In this document: piece after piece, positions 31,001 to 35,578 of the stretch
Layout of the letters: every line of letters begins with the position of its first letter
Numbering within the stretch: the first letter of the stretch is position 1
NCBI GenBank assembly: GCA_964387845.1
Contig: CAYLXA010000001.1
Coordinates: forward strand, 288,001-352,000
Reading direction: 5' to 3'
DNA length: 64,000 bases
DNA from: an uncultured bacterium
Lineage (GTDB): Bacteria > Omnitrophota > Omnitrophia > Omnitrophales > Abzuiibacteriaceae
The notes under the pieces: model-generated
Seen by the model: the letters and a program-made list of their open reading frames with translations, nothing else
Databases searched by the model: none
What the model was told of the DNA's origin: nothing
Translations under genes and position numbers: made by a program

Positions 31001-33958
31001 TGTGATAATTTTCCGGATAAAGGCAAGCAAATAAACCAGCGGAAGAGTTAAAACCCACAAAACGAGCGCTGTGATTCTCCCTGCCGCCTCGGACAGATCA
31101 GGTTTCTTTGCCGCGGGAAGCGATAAAGCATTGGTTTCCTTCAAGCGCAATTCCGAGCGCGCTTTATCGATGTCGTTCGATTGAGAAGCCGAAGTCGGTA
31201 TTTCTCCGGTTGGGTGATTGCTGCTTACCGCATTTGCTTTTCCTTTTGAATGCAAATAAAAGGTGCCGACGGCGGATGTTAAATGTCCCAATCCGGCCAG
31301 AAGCACAACCTCGTTTGAATCTTTTCTGGATCCAAGATACGCGGTTTCTGCCATAAAAGATCCTCTGTCTTTTGCTTTGTCGTTGGGATGTGTCAAATAA
31401 TCAGGGGCGAATAACTGGTGCGACTCGATAGATTTCAACCATTTGGTAAAAAGCAGAATGAGAGAAACCACAAGAAACCACGGTGCAAAAAATGCAGCTA
31501 TTAAACTATCCCGAAGCGAATCCCCATGATCAAATATTTCACTGCCAACCTGCAATTTGTAAAGCAGGCGAAAATTTCGCTCGTGAAAAAATGGGATGCC
31601 TTCTCTCGCTAAGAAATAAGATAACTCCCGTACTTTTTTCTTGTTTAGCAGCATAAATTCAGAACCATGCACAATGCCAATCACATGAAAAGTACGCCCG
31701 CCGATTTTGACCATCTTACCGGAAAAACCAAAGCGTTCCGCAATCGGCGAATCTTGAAATTGCGCCATGGTTTCAGAAGCCGCCTTTCGCCAAATTGGAG
31801 TAGCGAAGTCTGAAAATACTCGGCGGTGATAACCGATATTTTTGCCTAAAAGACCGGCTTTTTTAAATTTCTGAAACAATTCGATGGGTTTTGATGATTC
31901 AATCATCCAAGTTCCGATAGTCCTTTCTGAAATTTTTAATTCACCCGCTCGATCCCAAAATTGTTTCTCAGACGGGTAACGTAAAACATTGATCAATAGC
32001 GGGAGGATAAACTTTTGAACAAAATCAGCGTAGGTAAAATTGAAACTTAAGAGAACCACATTCGCCAAAAGCCACGTGATAAAAATACTAATGGGAAAGC
32101 CAAACCGTGAAAGACTTAGCTGCATAAGTGCCTGTTTAATGCTTGATAAAAAATGAGCTGCGAGTGGATAGGTTTTGGGGAATAGAAGCATTAAAATCAA
32201 GGATCCCGACATTGCGGCTATCCCGTAAAATAAAAATGGAATAGCTTTCATCCCGATTTTTAATAGATGCTTCCGCTTTGCATCCGGGCTCCCGTTCTTG
32301 AGTCTAGATTCAGCATGAATGACATCCCCGGTTACCCGCAATTCCGACCGAGGCGCGGTTGGCGACAAGTGCAATTCCGAGCGCGGCTCTGCGCTTGCGG
32401 CAAACTCGTCAGGAATGACCGGCGATTCCAATAAGATATCCGATACATAATCGGCAGCAGTGCGGCGAACAACCGGGTCGGAATCACCAGCAGCAATAGC
32501 CATAACGGAAACAGCGCGCCAGTCGTGGTGGCGCGTTTGGTACAAGTAATCAAGTAAATTCAGAAGTTTGATTTTAAATTTTTGGAGATGCGGGTTTGGG
32601 GTGCTTGATCCCGATTGAAGTTCCAGAGCTTCTGAAAATGTGGCAAACAAAATATCGGGCGATACTTCATACAAAGAAAATTTTGAGTCGTAAGCCAGCA
32701 AATGTTCAATTCGGTCGATGATTGCAAAATTTCCACTTTGATATGCATTATAGAAATTGATCATGATTTGGCCCGCAACAATTCGCTGAACTAATTTTGA
32801 AACTTCCCCGCCCGTTACTTTAAAATAATATTTTTTTCTGGCTTTGAGCCCATCCAATTCGAATAACTCCCGCAGATTTTCTTCCACTTCCCTCTTGATT
32901 CTTTCAAATTCTATCCTTTTTTCAGAAAGAACATCTTCGAGCGGTTTTTGAGCGGCTTCCAAATTTTCCGTGGCTGGTATTTTCAGCTTTGGTTCTTTTT
33001 GGCCGGGCTGAGTAGAAAACTGAGAACACCCGACCGAAGCTAGTCCGATTAAAGAGAACAACTGAATCAATTTCAATATTTTGAATGCGCGCAGCTCTGA
33101 GGATTGAGATATTTTTGTGTAAACTTGAAAACTGGAGGAGCTATCCGGATGGATCTTGACTGTAACGCGTGAAAAATCGGGAGATGAAAAATAAGGCATC
33201 AATTCATGCTCAACGCCATAGTTGACCAATTTTCCGCCGGCTTTGAGATTTCTTTTGATCGTACTGGCTAGCCGCGCACGATTAGCTGTGCCATAACTAT
33301 AATAATAGACAATATCAGCTTGCTGCAAAAGCGCGGTCCAGCGCGTGTCATTAAAATCTCCGCGCAAAAATTCTACTTGGCCTTTTTTGATAATCCCGCG
33401 CTCCTCGGCCACAGAAAGTAACCGGAGACTGTCTGCGTAGAGATCCGGATCATATTCGATGCCGGTGATTTTTAAATTCGGATAACGGTGAGCAAGCATC
33501 AATGCATAAGCGCCCTGGCCATGGCCCAAGTCCACCATGGTAACCGGCTGGTCATGCGGGATCGGAAATTTTTCGACCGTTGCATTTATCGAATCAAGCC
33601 GGGTCTGTAGGTGAACGCCTTTTTCCGTGCGCCGGAGCTGAGCTGAGCTAAAATCAACTCCGGAATTTCGGAACAAAAGGCCGAGCACTTCCCTTGGATC
33701 CCTGGCCAATTCGACTGCTCGCAATTCCGAGCGCGGCTGAGTGTTTAATTTAACTGTGCCGCGGGCGATGGTGGGTAAATCCAGATCCAGAATACCGCCA
33801 TGCTGATTGGCTAAGCGATGGACTCCGACGGTGGTGAAATTATTTTTGAAGGATTCCGCGATCACAGACGAATCGCCGTAAGCGATCGTGCTGGTAACTG
33901 AAAAGGTAAGGACAAGTGTCAGAGCAACACTTTTTAAAAGATATGAGTTTAACTTCAC
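16031..33958 (-). CDS. giant 5975-aa composite ORF, possibly a polyprotein: signal peptide, SAM-MTase, lipoprotein, tentatively TraB/GumN-like membrane module, PglC-type phosphoglycosyl transferase, several unknown membrane/soluble modules, PPDK-like dikinase, histidine phosphatase, HPr-like domain and HEAT-like module, separated by about 21 R-S-E-L-R motifs
   Basis: A single uninterrupted reading frame starts at ATG 33958 (MKLNSYLLKSVALTLVLTFSVTSTIAYG, signal-peptide-like) and ends at TAA 16031. Domain calls come from motifs read directly in the translation, listed under the sub-features below. Confidence 0.7.
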   Translation of the reverse strand: MKLNSYLLKSVALTLVLTFSVTSTIAYGDSSVIAESFKNNFTTVGVHRLANQHGGILDLDLPTIARGTVKLNTQPRSELRAVELARDPREVLGLLFRNSGVDFSSAQLRRTEKGVHLQTRLDSINATVEKFPIPHDQPVTMVDLGHGQGAYALMLAHRYPNLKITGIEYDPDLYADSLRLLSVAEERGIIKKGQVEFLRGDFNDTRWTALLQQADIVYYYSYGTANRARLASTIKRNLKAGGKLVNYGVEHELMPYFSSPDFSRVTVKIHPDSSSSFQVYTKISQSSELRAFKILKLIQLFSLIGLASVGCSQFSTQPGQKEPKLKIPATENLEAAQKPLEDVLSEKRIEFERIKREVEENLRELFELDGLKARKKYYFKVTGGEVSKLVQRIVAGQIMINFYNAYQSGNFAIIDRIEHLLAYDSKFSLYEVSPDILFATFSEALELQSGSSTPNPHLQKFKIKLLNLLDYLYQTRHHDWRAVSVMAIAAGDSDPVVRRTAADYVSDILLESPVIPDEFAASAEPRSELHLSPTAPRSELRVTGDVIHAESRLKNGSPDAKRKHLLKIGMKAIPFLFYGIAAMSGSLILMLLFPKTYPLAAHFLSSIKQALMQLSLSRFGFPISIFITWLLANVVLLSFNFTYADFVQKFILPLLINVLRYPSEKQFWDRAGELKISERTIGTWMIESSKPIELFQKFKKAGLLGKNIGYHRRVFSDFATPIWRKAASETMAQFQDSPIAERFGFSGKMVKIGGRTFHVIGIVHGSEFMLLNKKKVRELSYFLAREGIPFFHERNFRLLYKLQVGSEIFDHGDSLRDSLIAAFFAPWFLVVSLILLFTKWLKSIESHQLFAPDYLTHPNDKAKDRGSFMAETAYLGSRKDSNEVVLLAGLGHLTSAVGTFYLHSKGKANAVSSNHPTGEIPTSASQSNDIDKARSELRLKETNALSLPAAKKPDLSEAAGRITALVLWVLTLPLVYLLAFIRKIITSGPMFFIQERIGFQGKTIVIRKIKTMKLDFNISDESITPYEWFLRRTGLDELPQLLSIVRGDMQWFGPRPRLPLEVDQNYIESVLHHTKPGFLSSSALKRGIGTGKFGMDTHDIELELNDIRDRSALYNTALVFKTIGVLTRNAFSGNGKSKNPKAASELRENSDLTIAEIDERMEKDGFPELKFLWKKFKSLKIDLNKINEEKLERARIAHARTALIQNPWLHLLAVSFTGVIGYFYASVQRAALTIFYSAISFWMDGNLASLNIREMINNSDPAGWIESLFVASGFTALVYILAVFAKRMFIFSWKTISALDLASMLKRRSYRQWFDQTEAAIQTMERLKSVGINENWDNPDYKVYYQIRGDNIEKVPAGEFEDAENQTIPEFIQKILRDFLGSTEDRQFKPGQYTPNLKEGKKSVTQFFNAHKEELARNKRGELPVEEGKKLLQELGQYVNPNAAKANQYLQKSISKIDDWGNLPDSIVEARIWRRDPWFDLTNQKDFFSSASLRGNTWLDKLNRRTKGALGPFNYLHNKSISAIDFRTREGRRVRARIAAAIYKDQDGKEQPILFVDGVEGRIFDAKAKGIQKIIENYARACGFKSVLYFAYPLNQGPKRLVDYVKKSGKQPELVSIEYADPSQKQYLDVYGYPVEPLEYAFPKGEVIGYVTDLIQPSNRVKIFPTQYKTWWFKFRKQYFLKAITASLVLVVTGPVAWLTDNASLIPPLLLLFGGMWWFQHKSERRAIAKKTDEQRSELRAYPKFIETILAEINENPVAQKMSYPPRAIAKLEKLLEYFPSPNRNLRYFFEEILYNVSVKDGDLVNVLKFLDKLSPDQRKKTEEVIAVVWSASNQEAMRRLSEDKAVRDSLKKDAFDKLMAVQKFMKATRLSRMKISEIAKVRRALGISIADALDIVTMNPRILKGLRKPPRPIYAWVAPTAFAFLVGFGVFTIYPLISNAALFFILMGIIAPGTFLISTRLNIAPGILYYKRLRDYLSERLRKTGHVSAIEKKMQAIGINVSEFEKGRVYENKEKGIRIRIHDKKTLKGAIDFLTSSEAIGNCISLQHFVSWILPSLLSDDGIILADIDHKGSGDAYQHRAQMWMIASEDNGDPVLTVNSFEFNNDGAKYFDELMPEAIQILQDVARRSGFKKIYAGITNYGRDYLDQHYSQGASRNTIKKIHDPEAGFQYHFDAFRYRWLARDFVLKKSRSFTERAYAIIFGLFELTKGNRAKARAFFDSARNARNFWEIPLQGQTAAPQSELLRSELRNQTAQAVNTDPVQTLHALIISKLSVKNIKRFFTVDVLKEFLETQNLNAQGIIKALRGKITLNTSQANQILNLIREFRLLNPDSPSFDVVEWFWVSYWPKLKYLVEKASLNDLNRLEAVETFNQVLRPLSPDFDAAFSFGHKDLISIYDIGKIGTKIADDILIPRGLIVDIVNGSGLLVGKIIKRESQRSAAGRFVPVYTVRLKSRDGKSDSYLSAFAKDRHIVIIEGTDVPSIENFDYYQNLKKLYETGQYQFPNFDQSPVAYLRDWIQMHFYSLGDYGYVAQLYRSGVLEEELSHSDAYVFANEFYKGENDYSTSLYWINVMKAILRPGSLLAHALGGYEGDQQGLLAHAYFEVEAKLNELIRSSYPAQILFPYLNPVLPVSDAMRAALDQEDPLYKVAFVQLLMLLSDEFFGEMTIEPKQWLDFLKKEITDLDRFNRKIREAAKRAYEKQFFTLEERRQILKNRSELRQTAAVTQRSKVDQVMDVIRDLMDQAGSPNKIYDSLTEGDILEALTFLLSPHDSNRFWPRSGSEDRRIYWSKVLPEGFSNRELRELGVELRREWENRGLDKKFGNLNQFLATLIDPYFKDLDEFEKFAGRLDHLLAGGLEDLFYAYWTLGLTQVIHLRPTGLHIEEFDGKEIKKPSDNELLADYVKRFISVVSAWPEERLADIPPSTRKFSQSYPGFTYRNLMLWALSVMLDQDVHDWKFGYRSTDLGVKIFSLKYGARFWPDDTKRRTGKQSMTEYLSRMLTDVPELDQNGVETGRKISNEKIEKLVAEVLSRNESDWVRLGFRSPWDVSEVQASMLIRTIGDRSKNPLRDAVLTLPLPNLQDPELNVGINTSAPVYLKYAPLPRHLIFPTQAAFIHRRKEAVRRRLFFGEPFRTLFPNLKTLTAQKRSELRSDGRTNPMSYKEFEKALRDYQTLMKLSFGRGGKHLSFEQNQAVGARKEAIIDLLKKNSKEHLQNLIREFILKADLPLDKKQSYLWYVSSAMSPDRYRMTDAFFKEHLIPIYLSKTNSPEENRIFLELAAAYFNEHYIKADIHHDLEATFRQASPDDLGKLIHLLLHLRTIGHEFFRELISILLSVSPADPLAAAFVAAQGLVRDIPSEGRKRIEYPQMSLYLLHQPNARAAYFYLMKVIEAERKGGVSTDNSQDRIISYSRRLDNNASYPGEFGRGWFSHFRDGIHRNLNRSDFENTRRVLAYWLTLDESILKESNWTLLRDDMTKDFNPATLQTYSKLLNRFVKALAAKGKISKSDPEAFLDEILDIPEREVVAIYEEANRDEDVSEIDYERVQLMTQLYLAFADHFGTRVATIVPFLKGETEDLRDGGYLKKKMTAITRFMREDYDRLLMLIDSDDHAAIFSAIVKVQNDLKEFLLSGEENQKKVLGQAEKSIGRDGEDSADEDADDIDQEWNDMHEEGDYLYDLRTLVEMSEKLSILASEKIAHVQEKIEKINSVDDLRRELPNLIALGRFIQASGLGGVDFDQLMVELDSGSIKASQLYDLVHTLEAEVHKITRQLNNTMRAAMQYSLDEVGYHDLAKLWREHTSLFKIKTKTEDDQTYQIYDFPPEGKERLEAAVIDELIRNSGATAFDRALMKFDAVLASALSQGQDEAIREDAGAERPDDFEQHLYRFGENETDERPELLSLWSKKGLNLIRMTHERIPVPPGVILSAKLVTKPDIFRSDEFRQKIAAEIERLKRYSEYPDLKLILYARSGSAFMLPGLLATVSNVGMNDAEAEALAQKSGDAWFAYDTYAEFIRSFSINVLGIPEAEFEQVLNVKEKEDLSADGMKAVVEQCKAIVARHGKIIPNDMMDQVMMAVEAVYASWDSEEARAYRTRHQISQEWGTVVILQKGVFGNLKPTDDGKISGAGHAVLRTLPDGHDVLQGKFRFHSIGDQLMSRAGQNYILIGNGERIRPDEQTFEALQPELYAQVFEYARKLKNIFRYNQQFEFTIERGKIWIVQSNDDFVTDQYPEFADSTDNQPIARGHGVSGGAIRGLAANSIEAAEKLLGELVSHPRADVDGVILILDRVNPEMINRIPKGVHILAKTISVHAETLAQKEGISAVYGVPDMVFQPEKHLWLIAGRDIADGDVISMDGHENPLLYHQSGNVYLGSVAIKSRAIRSELRNSEAESAAPKTMLLDAGHDAIRAALQDSDLSFKQLKKLLYLTNRILQAEPWCIHFRELAIPFLTGLLGNKSRAERFADHFSFHQLESAKDALSALGLPDEVILILQELQESPSAPADHENVSSKGARAELRQIVLGYLQGSSAHIRTDVLHGLNSETDWRLARKLYGQLNHFLESHRAGIAIAPLFKMLNAQVFIARSIVRRNGDHLGGVTYHSLHPVLSNVKSIFLSLYAGDHPISYDGPVSDEFLKVRDKDFTYLERLLTHELAETLVEHNQYALPINFERLEHFANKNLPLSIVNIPHDKTAVYQIAKRIYETRLQALERQFGKKKQVLDYSQEEIETQFLSRYSIVSAREFFFEAQSLYWLDPDFVRKHDPVMFQFLSALVYWENGKLVVPTSAIQPDLLMKARVELRKNVSETLQQMGFWVNQSTGQLFYKEPYFPPALDLDLYVIRHGETHIIAEGLRTGRKRFQGSGMDNEGAQLTPKGRVQAQADAEKLFEKFKDQITANPDQFVVIINPLGRVRDTAEPFIRLVREKLGIELKVMIDPDTKEIFQGEWEGLTNEQIKAQFGREQFKAARSYQKWSVLAKPEHGESFAHLIIRAAAFWKRMNEQYRGKTVILFNHAAFSGALQVLKKDMRVVHPEGHIDWRRAGLKTGEITHFTDDYFRAQRAEVLRRDEAHQVHGVRGKNISNEVGTRPTHVYRRWEGWIPVPPKSEQPPREKSGVRSELRNDLENEEPIELPFAVDQSHHSTDLARLEVELHNAELAGDLDTIEEVTARIQAVRAARRGPFQSFPRPPKHRSELRNYTVIGISAGAIGIGVGALLYYSLIKPRRIALDEQQLRIKILLSRTEVLLNRFSSFILSVSDRGNSLAAEANDYYLRILPELRKAKSALKGMKEEHGLLLKEEEEWLAQTSQAIDSYEAFLDHQINEYKKSVTPTDRNMSELREGESNSIEINVTVKNRQGVHASPAMFIVEMAQAALAKNVSVKIKNLNKGSAEWIEADNPMALMTLEAVKDTRLAFQFEFKTDEERISAERFAVAFHELVEVRLFGEDGGELGGSEAFVDEMFKISETELAERFQKLTEPMPGPDAGSQKSELRSVQKLLRNLSHPNFTIRKTRADELGKGNEVGLETLLQYLAEPVIPVDEWKPLIEVAPKNFNPDMLRQSARFAALYVLNWWIERDTGFYIPVLKAVLNQEKSSWTAQSETDINRIYEQNSSNPLGANQPLSLIQIMKLFRRWYSELQMKNRSLTLSENERRSFRHAKYIHRAVRILEEIADREVPVIDAQFYEQAGVKSLTSEHRNFTIAQKTIGSRYDVSIHLEGEINKELLPESLQKIKPIDFQSAIEKSILNQADAFNNTEIGDKVQSEVLGLPLIMAKVQSEVSGETVFNFRVIAKTEKTIAKGRVEVKENPLFRDLQTEIAPVARSEMRRIVSNARSFDNQIVTALQNRSEMREGKVFTRNAFFGEKGSLAVVGRNLSDVYGSYMVIVTNRAELRVIDEINATIANPKNRIVPVEDYHKARAELRNLGLSMAIIGVSDDAVAVPFLEKIADKVIIWNQAFVDHVLSAAAYLVGKFRAQMQVFYSA
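17701..17950 (-). other. HPr-like phosphocarrier domain
   Basis: IEINVTVKNRQGVHASPAMFIVEMAQ resembles the HPr active site GLHTRPA (the His-15 region). NPMALMTLEAVKDTRLAFQFE resembles the HPr Ser-46 region. Bounded by MSELR and KSELR. Confidence 0.5.
18622..19573 (-). other. histidine phosphatase (phosphoglycerate-mutase-like, branch 1) module
   Basis: LYVIRHGETHIIAEG (the RHG catalytic motif), verified on the DNA at about 19440-19470. Bounded by KARVELR and VRSELR. Confidence 0.6.
20810..22274 (-). other. pyruvate-phosphate-dikinase / PEP-synthase-like ATP-grasp nucleotide-binding domain plus phosphohistidine swivel domain; no PEP-binding TIM barrel found
   Basis: KKGLNLIRMTHERIPVPPGVILSAK and YARSGSAFMLPGLLATVSNVGMND match the PPDK_N motifs GGKGANL...PVPPGF and VRSSAxxEDMPGMMDTVLNLGLND. 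KTISVHAETLAQKEGISAVYG matches the PEP-utilizer mobile-domain phosphohistidine motif. GTNDL was not found. Confidence 0.65.
30526..31150 (-). other. PglC/WbaP-type polyprenyl-phosphate phosphoglycosyl transferase (Bac_transf) module, aa ~937-1144
   Basis: N-terminal re-entrant helix ITALVLWVLTLPLVYLLAFIRK and the signature LRRTGLDELPQLLSIVRGDMQWFGPRPRLP. The roughly 200-aa size equals a free-standing PglC. Flanked by ARSELR and AASELR. Confidence 0.75.
31162..32340 (-). other. polytopic membrane module with a TraB/GumN-like motif (tentative), aa ~540-932 of the giant ORF
   Basis: GGRTFHVIGIVHGSEF resembles the TraB/GumN/Tiki G-T-x-H motif. Several TM segments. Bounded by RSELR on both sides. 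Confidence 0.3.
33103..33721 (-). other. class I SAM-dependent methyltransferase module of the giant ORF (aa ~80-285)
   Basis: VDLGHGQGAYALMLAHRYPNLKITGIEYDP (motif I plus an acidic residue at the end of beta2) and ADIVYYY. Bounded by PRSELR upstream and SSELR downstream. Confidence 0.6.
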
Positions 33959-34062
33959 AGTTTGAGCGAGCTGCCTTTCAAAATCGGGAATGGATAGATA
34001 ATATCACAGATAAACTGATTTTCAAGTATAAGAGGGTTTTAATATAAAATAAGAAGATATAT

Positions 34063-34082
34063 ATAGAACTAATAAGTTCTAT
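34063..34082. promoter_or_regulatory. perfect palindrome ATAGAACT-AATA-AGTTCTAT in the AT-rich 126-bp region between the pabB-like stop and the giant-ORF start
   Basis: Seen directly. Possibly an operator for the giant gene or a weak terminator for the upstream gene. Confidence 0.25.
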
Positions 34083-34084
34083 TA

Positions 34085-35578
34085 TTATCTGTTGGAAAGG
34101 GCTTCGACAAGCGCTTTTCCCTTGTGAAGCGTCTCTTGATACTCTGCGGCGGGTTTTGAATCATGCACAATACCGGCGCCGACTTGGAAGTAACCCTTTT
34201 GCTGATTAATCACGATTGTGCGGATCACAATGTTGAGATCCAGATCACCATCAAAACCAAAATAGCCAATGGAGCCGGTATAAATCCCGCGTTTGAAAGG
34301 TTCCAGCTCTTCGATAATTTCCATACAGCGAATCTTTGGGCATCCCGTGATAGTTCCGCCCGGGAACATCGCGCGTACCAAATCAAATTGATCCGCATCA
34401 TCACGAAGCTCGCCCTTTACGTTTGAGACAATGTGCACAACGTGTGAATATTCCTCAAGCGCCATCATCTCGCTCACGCGCACCGTGTGCGGCTTGCACA
34501 CGCGCCCCAAATCATTGCGTTCCAGATCTACTAGCATAATGTGCTCGGCGCGCTCTTTATCATTTGAGATAAGTTCACTGCGCAGTTTCTGATTTTGCAC
34601 TGCCGTTTTCCCGCGCGGCCGGGTCCCTGCAATCGGGCGCGTTTCGCACGCACTTCCCCGCTTTTTGATGAGGCGCTCCGGCGAAGAGCTAATCACCTGC
34701 AAATCGCCGAGACGAAAGAAACTGGAAAAAGGTGACGGATTGATATCCCGCAAACGTTCATAGAGTTTCTCAGAACTTCCTGAGAAATCAAACGAGAACC
34801 GCTGTGAAAGATTGGCTTGATAAATATCGCCTGCCTCTATGTAATCTTTGCCTTTTTTGACAATCGCTTCGAATTTTGATTTTTGAATATCAGATTTAAA
34901 ATTCTGAATTTGTATTTGTCCATTTTGATAAAGCGTTTGATTGAGTTTCGAGAGAGTCTCTTGAATCCAATTTTGACTTTCACTTAGCTGATCCTCAAAA
35001 CTCTTTCTCTCGGAAGGCATTAAATTGCTGATGAGATAAATCGCTTTCTTTGATTCATCGTAAGCGATCAAATTTCGGATGAATAGGAAAACAGCTTCAT
35101 CCAGTTTTTGGTCATTCTTCGCCCGGTTGGGCAGGCGTTCAAAATCCCACGCCAAATCATAGGAAAAATAACCAACCGCGCCGCCTAAAAATTCAGGGCC
35201 GGCGTTCCATTTTCTTCCGCGATAAGTTTTAAAGAGCTTGCGCATTTCCAGAAGAAAATCACCGCGTTTTTTTACGACCCTCACCCTGCCCTCTCCCTCA
35301 GGGAGAGGGAAACGCGAAGCGTGGGTGAGGGATTTTTCGATCGAAATATTTTTACCCTGCTTTCGCAAGATTAAAAACGGGTCGCTGGCCATATAGGAAA
35401 ATGTACCGGTTTTCTGGTGAAAGCGCGCGCTATCCAGGATAAACGAATTTTCGGAAGACTGGATCCTGCGGAAAGTTTCCCAGGAACTCAACGAAGCGGG
35501 GATTTTTTGGATCAGCGGAACAATGAAGCCTTTTTGGAAATATTTTCGAAGTGTCGTGATGGGCAGAACGTTATTCAT
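34085..35578 (-). CDS. pabB: chorismate-binding enzyme, aminodeoxychorismate synthase component I (PabB) / anthranilate synthase component I family
   Basis: C-terminal chorismate-binding signature (PIAGTRPRG...ERAEHIMLVDLERNDLGRV...GGTITGCPK). Assigned PabB-like because pabC-like and folC genes are nearby and no trpG/trpD is present. Confidence 0.65.
   Translation of the reverse strand: MNNVLPITTLRKYFQKGFIVPLIQKIPASLSSWETFRRIQSSENSFILDSARFHQKTGTFSYMASDPFLILRKQGKNISIEKSLTHASRFPLPEGEGRVRVVKKRGDFLLEMRKLFKTYRGRKWNAGPEFLGGAVGYFSYDLAWDFERLPNRAKNDQKLDEAVFLFIRNLIAYDESKKAIYLISNLMPSERKSFEDQLSESQNWIQETLSKLNQTLYQNGQIQIQNFKSDIQKSKFEAIVKKGKDYIEAGDIYQANLSQRFSFDFSGSSEKLYERLRDINPSPFSSFFRLGDLQVISSSPERLIKKRGSACETRPIAGTRPRGKTAVQNQKLRSELISNDKERAEHIMLVDLERNDLGRVCKPHTVRVSEMMALEEYSHVVHIVSNVKGELRDDADQFDLVRAMFPGGTITGCPKIRCMEIIEELEPFKRGIYTGSIGYFGFDGDLDLNIVIRTIVINQQKGYFQVGAGIVHDSKPAAEYQETLHKGKALVEALSNR
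35278..35331. repeat. family ii nested palindromic element, copy B, inside the pabB-like coding frame
   Basis: ccctcaccctgccctctccctcagggagagggaaacgcgaagcgtgggtgaggg. It is translated in frame as FPLPEGEGRVRVV near aa 85-100. Confidence 0.5.

Noticed and set aside
16031-33958. RSELR sites as copies of an inserted DNA repeat (the SacI-like GAGCTC core appears in several).
   Set aside because: At least six different codon combinations encode the same peptide, and variants change amino acids conservatively (RAELR, RSEMR). The conservation is at the protein level.
16031-33958. The giant ORF as an accidental fusion through loss of stop codons between about 20 adjacent genes.
   Set aside because: No remnants of start codons, SD sites or spacer DNA exist between modules. 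Every junction is the same in-frame pentapeptide, which points to a designed/evolved linker. It still needs read-level confirmation.
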